NCBI RefSeq assembly: GCF_004365815.1
Contig: NZ_SODD01000014.1
Location: 13,737 to 45,736 of the forward strand
DNA: 32,000 nt
Direction of reading: 5' to 3'
DNA from: Breznakia blatticola
GTDB lineage: Bacteria; Bacillota_I; Bacilli_A; Erysipelotrichales; Erysipelotrichaceae
Both the position numbers and the translations under genes were made by a program. Numbering within the stretch: position 1 is the stretch's first letter; each line of letters begins with the position of its first letter. Positions 17,685-24,213 of this stretch are shown here, one piece after another. The notes under the pieces are model-generated. The model saw nothing but the letters and a program-made list of their open reading frames with translations, was not told the DNA's origin and searched no databases.

Positions 17685-17716
17685 ATATAGCCCTTAGCGC
17701 ATACCAAGGGCTATAT
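17685..17716 (-). terminator. Hairpin 16 nt after the 361-aa gene stop; candidate partial terminator or attenuator
   Basis: Minus strand ATATAGCCCTT-ggtatgcgct-AAGGGCTATAT, a perfect 11 bp stem. Only TT follows, then AAAG. A second imperfect hairpin lies at 17646-17674, just before the next RBS. Confidence 0.4.
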
Positions 17717-17731
17717 AACATAAACTATAAA

Positions 17732-18817
17732 CTAGTCTCTTTGAGTTATAGTAAGGTTTAAATTAAACATCACTTTAAATGATGATGGACCAAATGGTTT
17801 CCCTAAATATGCACCGTCTAATCCTTTTTCTTTCATAAACTCACCTTGCATCCCATTAAATCCTGTTGAAGCAAAGCAATTTACATCAAAATCAGTATCT
17901 CCTCTATTTGCTGCCATTACATTTCCAATCATGGTATCTACTTTATCGTATTTTCCGTTTGTAGTTGAATCGTCATGTGTAAATGCCCACTCCCATGTGA
18001 TTTTAGGCAATGCAGCTTGGCTTAGGTCAGTACCTGATTCAAAATTTACACCTGAAGTCTTATAAACAGCGTTAAACTTATTTGCAATCAGTTCTAGCGT
18101 ATCTTGTTGGTATGCACTCGCCCCTGTAGGGTTTGTAAATCCATTCCAATCTGTTCCATCTTGGTTCGTCATTTTAAATGTAATCGGATAATAGTCTGGA
18201 CCTGCGTTTCCATCTGATTTTTCCAAGTTTGCAATTTCTACAGCTTCATAAAAAACATCACCATCTTTTGTGTATCCATTTGTTTTCGCATAGTAACTAT
18301 CGCTATCTCTAAGAACATATAAATCATATTCGCCTGAATACGCTTTATACTCCGCTTCTGTAGATATACTTGTTTTTTTCATTTGAAAATACTTATCACC
18401 TCGAATACGGAAATTTTGTGTTTTCAATTCTCCAGTAATAACACCATCAACCTCTGGTGTTCCTGTTAAATTCAAATTAAACGTATCATTTTTTGTTCCT
18501 GGTGCCAGTACATTATCTCTAGTCTTATCAGAGTTAGCTAATGCTGATACACTAATCGAGTTATCAGTTACATCAGTTGTAATTGTATTTCCATTCGCTG
18601 CATCTTTGTAGTCTGTTCCAAAGATATTATTGTCAGCGGTCATCACAACACCCCATTTAGCAACACGTGCAGTATTTTCACCAACTGCTGTTGTAGTGTA
18701 TTTTGCGAAAGTTCCACTTACAATCGCTGTTGTTAATAATGTAACAACTAATAATCCTGATGCAAGACGCATCGATTTATTCTTTTTTAATTCTTTTTTC
18801 GTTTTCAAATTGTTCAT
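17732..18817 (-). CDS. TasA/camelysin-like secreted protein with SipW-dependent-type signal peptide (paralog A, 361 aa)
   Basis: N-terminus KKNKSMRLASGLLVVTLLTTAIVSGTFA-KYTTTAVGENTARVAKWG resembles the GGGTFAYF/GGGTWAAF SipW-cognate signals of camelysin and TasA. VLAPGTKNDTFNLNLTG resembles the TasA KPGD...NxG core. Sits directly downstream of sipW-2. Confidence 0.75.
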   Translation of the reverse strand: MNNLKTKKELKKNKSMRLASGLLVVTLLTTAIVSGTFAKYTTTAVGENTARVAKWGVVMTADNNIFGTDYKDAANGNTITTDVTDNSISVSALANSDKTRDNVLAPGTKNDTFNLNLTGTPEVDGVITGELKTQNFRIRGDKYFQMKKTSISTEAEYKAYSGEYDLYVLRDSDSYYAKTNGYTKDGDVFYEAVEIANLEKSDGNAGPDYYPITFKMTNQDGTDWNGFTNPTGASAYQQDTLELIANKFNAVYKTSGVNFESGTDLSQAALPKITWEWAFTHDDSTTNGKYDKVDTMIGNVMAANRGDTDFDVNCFASTGFNGMQGEFMKEKGLDGAYLGKPFGPSSFKVMFNLNLTITQRD

Positions 18818-18914
18818 CTAATCTTTTTTCCTCCTATTAAACATACATCCTTTACTCTTTAAACTATATATTTCACTGTTTTGTTGTGGAGCAAAACAGG
18901 TGAAACCACACTAA

Positions 18915-19562
18915 TTACTTATCTTCTTTAGATTGTTCTGCTTTTAGCTTTTCTAGTTCTGCTAAAAGTGCTTCAGTTTCATTAGCACTTGCTTTTTCAA
19001 AACCTTTTCTTCTAAAGATGTCATATCCGACAAGTAAGAATAATGGAACAACAACACAGACAATCAAACCTTGTGTTGTTTGCATAAACATTGCAATGTT
19101 CCCTGCACCACCAATACGGAAATCATAAATTCCAACTAAGTTTTGTTCTGGTATTGGATCTGCATCATTTGTATTATTGGCATCCCCTTTTGTGATAAAT
19201 GCCAATTTCCCTTCTACATCTTGTATTTCAACTACACGGTGAGTTACAACTGCATTTTTTTCGCTTTTTGGATCAAAGTAAGTAATAATATCTCCTACTT
19301 TAACTTTCTTCGCATCTGTCACATTACAGATAATTAAATCACCTGATTGAATCTCAGGGTACATCGAATCCGTTAACACAATCATTGGTGCTATTCCACC
19401 AATACTTGGTACTTTTTCCGGTTCTGTATAACTCTTAACTATTAATGTCACATTGATAATCAATATCGGAATTAAGATGATACTCATAATAATTCCTACA
19501 ATCGTCAACACTTTGTGCTTTGTCGATGTATTTTTCATTTTCTTTGTTTTCAATTCGCTCAT
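18915..19562 (-). CDS. sipW: Signal peptidase I, archaeal/ER type (SipW-like), copy 2
   Basis: 215 aa. N-terminal TM, Ser box MIVLTDSMYP, His box VVTHRVV, TKGDANN motif, second TM (LIVCVVVPLFLLVGY), then tail ETEALLAELEKLKAEQSKEDK. Confidence 0.85.
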   Translation of the reverse strand: MSELKTKKMKNTSTKHKVLTIVGIIMSIILIPILIINVTLIVKSYTEPEKVPSIGGIAPMIVLTDSMYPEIQSGDLIICNVTDAKKVKVGDIITYFDPKSEKNAVVTHRVVEIQDVEGKLAFITKGDANNTNDADPIPEQNLVGIYDFRIGGAGNIAMFMQTTQGLIVCVVVPLFLLVGYDIFRRKGFEKASANETEALLAELEKLKAEQSKEDK

Positions 19563-19770
19563 TTATTTTCCCTTCATTTCATTATTCATTCTCGAATAAG
19601 TTTATTAAACATAATTAATTAACGAAAATCATATAGAATAACTATATCGATTCTCTCGTTTTTACTCAACGTTATTTCTGTGTCTTTTAACGCATTTTTT
19701 GAACAATCCATACAATTAATTCATAATAAATATTTTTTAATTCATAGCCCCTTACCTAAGTTATGTTTAC

Positions 19771-19800
19771 ATTTTAAAATTATTATATATAAACTGTCAA
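19771..19800 (-). promoter_or_regulatory. Sigma-A type promoter for the sipW-2 operon, leaving a leader of about 200 nt
   Basis: Minus strand TTGACA (19795-19800), 18 nt spacer, TAAAAT (19771-19776). Confidence 0.45.
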
Positions 19801-19856
19801 CGATAACGAATGATGAATTCTAGATTCATTTTTTCCAACTTATTTTATCGATTTTC

Positions 19857-19910
19857 GCAAAAAAAGACTTACGTATAGACGTTGATTCATTGCGTCTATT
19901 CGCAAGTCTT
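19857..19910 (-). terminator. Rho-independent terminator after the 1362-aa adhesin gene
   Basis: Minus strand AAGACTTGCGAATAGACG-caatgaatcaa-CGTCTATACGTAAGTCTT (18 bp stem, 2 mismatches), followed by TTTTTTT. It begins 6 nt after the stop codon. Confidence 0.75.
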
Positions 19911-19915
19911 ATAAA

Positions 19916-22900
19916 CTAATTTTCAGTCTTATAAAGTGATCGCACCTTATTCCGTATTAATAACGCAACACTAACTGCTGCCATAAATAGCGTAAGCAAT
20001 AATTTCGATGCACTACTTGTATCACCAGTTTCAATTGATGGTTTTGAATTTGGTGTTTGATTTGAATTAGCACTTCCATTTGGTTTTGAATCTTTTGATG
20101 GTAAATTAGCACTTGGTTTATCTGGTGTATTACCACCTTCATTTGGCAGACTATTACAAACATCTATTTTACGATATACCGCTGTGAATGTTGTGCTTTC
20201 TTCCATATTCATTTTTGCGATATCTTCGCTTGAATATACACTTGACGATCCATTCATCGACCATCCAATATGTTCATAGTTTTCATTACTCTTTACTGAT
20301 GGAACATAGGACACTTGATTTCCAAATACTACTTGTTCGTTCATCGTATTTGTTGTATTACCAGAAGCATCTACTAAGATTCCTTGTTCTCCTTGTTCAA
20401 ACACGACAAGCAGTTCATCTGCACTCCATGTTGCTGTATAAACAGTTGTACTACCTGCTTTTCCAAAGACTTTTGTAGGTTCTACATCCCATCCTGTAAA
20501 TGCGAATCCTTTTTTCGTTACTTCTGGAACCTCATAAGCTTTTCCAGGTTTTCCTTCTACGTAACTTCCAAATGCTCCTTGTGAATCAACTCCACCATCG
20601 TACATAAAGATTACCGTTGCATTGTCTACTTCTTCATACTGCGCAACAAATTCAGAATTTTTTGTAATCTTCATTTTTGCAATATCTTCACTAGCATATA
20701 ACGTACTTGAACCATTTAAAGACCATCCTTTAAATGTATGTCCCTCGTATACTTTAATCTCCGGCACATATGTTACTGTATCTTGATATTTCACGTCTTC
20801 TGCATATGTATCAATTTTTGCATCGTCCGCATCAAACATATCTCCATATTCACCTGGTAGGAATGTTACTTCAAGAGATGATGTTTCCCAAATTGCTGTA
20901 TAAACACTTGTGCTACCAGCACTGCCAAATACTAATGTAGGCTGTTTATCCCACCCAGCAAACGTATAGCCGTCTTTTATGATTGAAGGTGATATATACG
21001 CTGTTCCTGGTTTCCCAACGATTACACTCATATATTCTAAGTTATCGTCAACTCCACCTTTATAATCAAAGATAACTGTTACTTCGCCAATCTCTTCATA
21101 AATTGCAGTAAATACCACATTACCTGTGACTTTTAGATCGTTAACTTCATCACTTGTGTATAATATTTCACTTCCATCTTTTGACCAACCAACAAACTTG
21201 TATGAAGCATCAGATGTCACTGATGGAACAAAGGTAATTTTTTCTTTGTATACTACCCTTGTTTCCACTGTATCAACAGTATCATTTGCTTCATTTGTTA
21301 GTACACCATGTTCTCCTTTTTCAAAGGTAACTTTGTATGAAATTGGTGTCCACTGTGCATGATAAATACTTATACTATTTGCTTCACCAAACACTAATGT
21401 TGGAGTTTCATTCCATCCATCAAATTCATAACCTGTTCTTGTTGGAACTGGTGTAGCATATGCTGTCCCTGGTTTTCCATTGATTGTCTTCATGAATTTT
21501 GAGTCATCATCTAATCCACCATTGTAGTTAAAGATAACTGTTGCATTATCTATTTCTTTATATACTGCAGTGAATGTCACATCTTCAGTTACGTTGTATT
21601 TCTCAATCGCTTCATTAGAATAGATTTTCCCAGTGCCCGCGTGTTTCCAACCAACAAATTCATAATTTGTATTTGCCGTAACACCTGGCACAAACGTGAC
21701 TGTATCACTAATTTTTACTTTTTCTGATACTGTAGAGGCCGTATCTCCCGTTTTATTGCTGAGTGTACCATTATCTCCTTGTTTGAATGTTACGTTATAT
21801 GATAATCGTTTCCATTGTGCTGTGTAAATTGTTGTACTTCCTGCATCACCAAATTTCTTAGTTGGCTCTACATTCCAACCGATGAATTCATAACCTTCCT
21901 TCGTAACTGAAGGAACTGTATAGGTTTCATTTGGTTCACCACTTACAATTGTAATCTTCTCATCATTATCATCAATTCCACCATCATAGTTAAATATGAC
22001 TGTCGCCGTTCCGTTTTTCTCCCAAACAGCTGTATATGTTTTATTACCAACAATTGGTTGTTTGTCCATTGCTTTTGGGTAAATAATTGCTCCATATGCT
22101 TTATCTTCCCATCCCACTAAACGATAACCTTCTCTTATTACTTGTTTGTAGTCTGGAGTTGGATTCATTGCAGTTTCATAATCACCTAAAGTTTCATAGT
22201 CTGTCACTTGTGTCCATTTTACATCTGCTTCAGAACCTGCAATATTTCCACCATTCAAATCATATGTAATATCAGCAACTACTACTTGATCGTATACCAT
22301 TAAATCAAAATGTGTATTGGTAGTATTTCCTACTGTATTGCCACCTATACTTCCCGTACCTGCATTATAGAATACTTCTTTTGCACCACTTCCATCATAA
22401 TACGTTCCACGTATAGCTACTCGATAAAATTCGTCTCCAGAACATGTTTGTGTCACTTGTCTAAAACTTCTTAGATCCTGCTCACTACGTATTTTAATTT
22501 CGTTTATTTTTGTTAGTTTACTAAACCCATCAGTATAATCATAGTTACGAGTACCATTCGTTAAGAAACACGAACCACCCATTGCAACTGTTTGAATATC
22601 TATCCAGTAATATTCAAACTCAACATATCCACCTGTTAAACTTCCAGACTCACTCAAAAGAAGTGGATGATAAACGTCGACTCCAACTTTCTGATTTCCA
22701 TTTTGTAATTGAACATTAAGATCATATGTAATATTTCCTGTTCCTATTGCGTCAACAATTTGACCATTTACCGTAGGCTTAATTACAGGTTCGATTGGAT
22801 ACACTCCAGGCGTTAGAGCTACAACTCCAGCTGCATCAAGATATGTCCCAGATAATATATCTGTCGTTTCTACTTTTTTTGCTGTGTCCTTATATAACCA

Positions 22901-24004
22901 CTTCGCTTGATATCCAGCTGATAGTGTTACACCATCAAGCGAAGGTAATGTATACGCTGTGTTGACTTCCCAAAAAGAAGTTGTTGTATTTTTCGTATAC
23001 TGAAGTGATTGATTATATAGTTTCTTTTCGCTACTTAGTACTGTTCCATTTGTATCTTGTGCTTGAAGTTCTACTTCATATGTAAATTGCTTCTTTAAAT
23101 TTGCATCAGTTCCTGAAAGCGCATTTACTCTATCAAACTCAGACTTATTTGAAAAAACAACCATGCTGTTTGCAACCGCAGAAGAACTCGTACCGCTTAT
23201 ATTAAAAGATGTAGATGTATAGGAAGCCCCAACTGTTTCACTTATGATTTGAACACTTTTGAATGGACTAATCGTATTTATTTTAAACGCTTCATTTCCC
23301 ACAGAAGTAACTGTACTTGGAATCGCAAAAAACACTGAACTTCCATCTTGTATCATCTGAAAAGAAAATGCGTTATTACCGATTGTCACCAATTTAGACG
23401 GTAAAGTAATGGCTGAAGTTGTGGTTTTTCCGTTGACCTTTATATATTCTACTGCACCAATGGAACCTAATGCTAACTCGCCAATAAACGTAATATTATC
23501 TGACAGAGTAATTTGCTTCAAACCAGTTTGATGCAAGGCTTTTGTTTGTAATGTTGTCACGCTATCCGACATCTCTAAAGATGTCATTTGATACTGTGCA
23601 TTAAACGCGCTTGAGTTGATTGTAGTTAATTTTGTTGGTTGTGTCATATCTGTCTTTGTAATTGTATATGGCATGTATGAGCCAGTCCAACCTGGAACGC
23701 TTCCATTTCTTGCAAATGCAAACGAACCTATAGACACTACTTTCGAACCATTAATTTCATCTGGAATTGTTAGTTCCACATCTTTTAGGGTAGATTCACT
23801 ACCAGCAACCGAAATGTACCAACTTTTGTTCAAAGAGGTAATCTCTATCCCTCCTGATACACTTCTATAATTAAACACACTGCTAGCACTATAGTCTGAT
23901 GTTTTAATCACATCAGCACTTGCTCGTATTGATTGCTGTTCAACAGTGAAAATCGCTGCAAATGCAATAACCACTGCAAGTGCAACACTTATAATCTTTT
24001 TCAT
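19916..24004 (-). CDS. Giant surface adhesin: Sec signal peptide, BspA-type leucine-rich repeats, Listeria-Bacteroides (InlB B-repeat/Flg_new) repeats, C-terminal sorting-like anchor (1362 aa)
   Basis: MKKIISVALAVVIAFAAIFTVEQQSIRASA-DV signal. LRR_5-like segments (LTIPDEINGSKVVSIGSFAFA, ITLSDNITFIGELALGS, ITLPSKLVTIGNNAFS). Repeats carry the ...GG...P..TKEGYEFIGW signature. C-terminus SIETGDTSSASK, then a TM, then RNKVR. Confidence 0.85.
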   Translation of the reverse strand: MKKIISVALAVVIAFAAIFTVEQQSIRASADVIKTSDYSASSVFNYRSVSGGIEITSLNKSWYISVAGSESTLKDVELTIPDEINGSKVVSIGSFAFARNGSVPGWTGSYMPYTITKTDMTQPTKLTTINSSAFNAQYQMTSLEMSDSVTTLQTKALHQTGLKQITLSDNITFIGELALGSIGAVEYIKVNGKTTTSAITLPSKLVTIGNNAFSFQMIQDGSSVFFAIPSTVTSVGNEAFKINTISPFKSVQIISETVGASYTSTSFNISGTSSSAVANSMVVFSNKSEFDRVNALSGTDANLKKQFTYEVELQAQDTNGTVLSSEKKLYNQSLQYTKNTTTSFWEVNTAYTLPSLDGVTLSAGYQAKWLYKDTAKKVETTDILSGTYLDAAGVVALTPGVYPIEPVIKPTVNGQIVDAIGTGNITYDLNVQLQNGNQKVGVDVYHPLLLSESGSLTGGYVEFEYYWIDIQTVAMGGSCFLTNGTRNYDYTDGFSKLTKINEIKIRSEQDLRSFRQVTQTCSGDEFYRVAIRGTYYDGSGAKEVFYNAGTGSIGGNTVGNTTNTHFDLMVYDQVVVADITYDLNGGNIAGSEADVKWTQVTDYETLGDYETAMNPTPDYKQVIREGYRLVGWEDKAYGAIIYPKAMDKQPIVGNKTYTAVWEKNGTATVIFNYDGGIDDNDEKITIVSGEPNETYTVPSVTKEGYEFIGWNVEPTKKFGDAGSTTIYTAQWKRLSYNVTFKQGDNGTLSNKTGDTASTVSEKVKISDTVTFVPGVTANTNYEFVGWKHAGTGKIYSNEAIEKYNVTEDVTFTAVYKEIDNATVIFNYNGGLDDDSKFMKTINGKPGTAYATPVPTRTGYEFDGWNETPTLVFGEANSISIYHAQWTPISYKVTFEKGEHGVLTNEANDTVDTVETRVVYKEKITFVPSVTSDASYKFVGWSKDGSEILYTSDEVNDLKVTGNVVFTAIYEEIGEVTVIFDYKGGVDDNLEYMSVIVGKPGTAYISPSIIKDGYTFAGWDKQPTLVFGSAGSTSVYTAIWETSSLEVTFLPGEYGDMFDADDAKIDTYAEDVKYQDTVTYVPEIKVYEGHTFKGWSLNGSSTLYASEDIAKMKITKNSEFVAQYEEVDNATVIFMYDGGVDSQGAFGSYVEGKPGKAYEVPEVTKKGFAFTGWDVEPTKVFGKAGSTTVYTATWSADELLVVFEQGEQGILVDASGNTTNTMNEQVVFGNQVSYVPSVKSNENYEHIGWSMNGSSSVYSSEDIAKMNMEESTTFTAVYRKIDVCNSLPNEGGNTPDKPSANLPSKDSKPNGSANSNQTPNSKPSIETGDTSSASKLLLTLFMAAVSVALLIRNKVRSLYKTEN
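19919..20032 (-). other. C-terminal sorting-like signal of the 1362-aa protein
   Basis: (SI)ETGDTSSASK-LLLTLFMAAVSVALLI-RNKVRSLYKTEN. Confidence 0.5.
20162..22006 (-). repeat. Four in-frame tandem repeats of about 154 aa (about 462 bp), each a pair of Listeria-Bacteroides repeat domains
   Basis: Units start ATVIFNYDGG (aa 667), ATVIFNYNGG (821), VTVIFDYKGG (975) and ATVIFMYDGG (1129). Each ends ...FTAVYKEID / FTAIYEEIG / FVAQYEEVD / FTAVYRKID. A fifth, degenerate single repeat precedes them (ADITYDLNGG..., aa 577-665). Confidence 0.85.
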
Positions 24005-24213
24005 TTTATGTTCCTCTCTTCATTTCTATCTCTATCTCTATGTCTAGAAATCTAGACTCCAACATCATAAGTGTATAAAGATAATCGCTGACAAACAAGT
24101 TTTTTCTTGTTTGTTTTATGTGTTTTATGAACCATAACTTCTACTTAATTGAAAATGCGAGGTATACACTACTGTATACACCCCACATTTCATTATCTTT
24201 ATTCACTCTATTG

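Noticed and set aside
19563-19770. Possible cyclic-di-GMP (GEMM-I/II) or other riboswitch in the long leader of the sipW-2 operon, and likewise in the 370-nt region 28000-28370.
   Set aside because: I could not find the conserved GEMM cores (for example GGCAAACC...GGGACGCAAAGCC) or any other riboswitch signature I know. The regions are very AT-rich with few stable helices. This needs an Infernal/Rfam scan to exclude properly.
20162-22006. Regular 462-bp periodicity that could be mistaken for a CRISPR array, satellite or IS fragments.
   Set aside because: The repeats are in frame within one 1362-aa ORF, are diverged along their whole length, have no unique spacers, and encode recognisable Listeria-Bacteroides repeat domains.
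24091-24114. Perfect 9-bp hairpin ACAAACAAG-tttttt-CTTGTTTGT between the two giant adhesin genes, considered as the terminator of the 1261-aa gene.
   Set aside because: The T-run follows the hairpin only on the plus strand, where there is no gene. On the coding (minus) strand it is followed by CAGCGATT. I therefore do not call a terminator, and the two adhesin genes may be co-transcribed.
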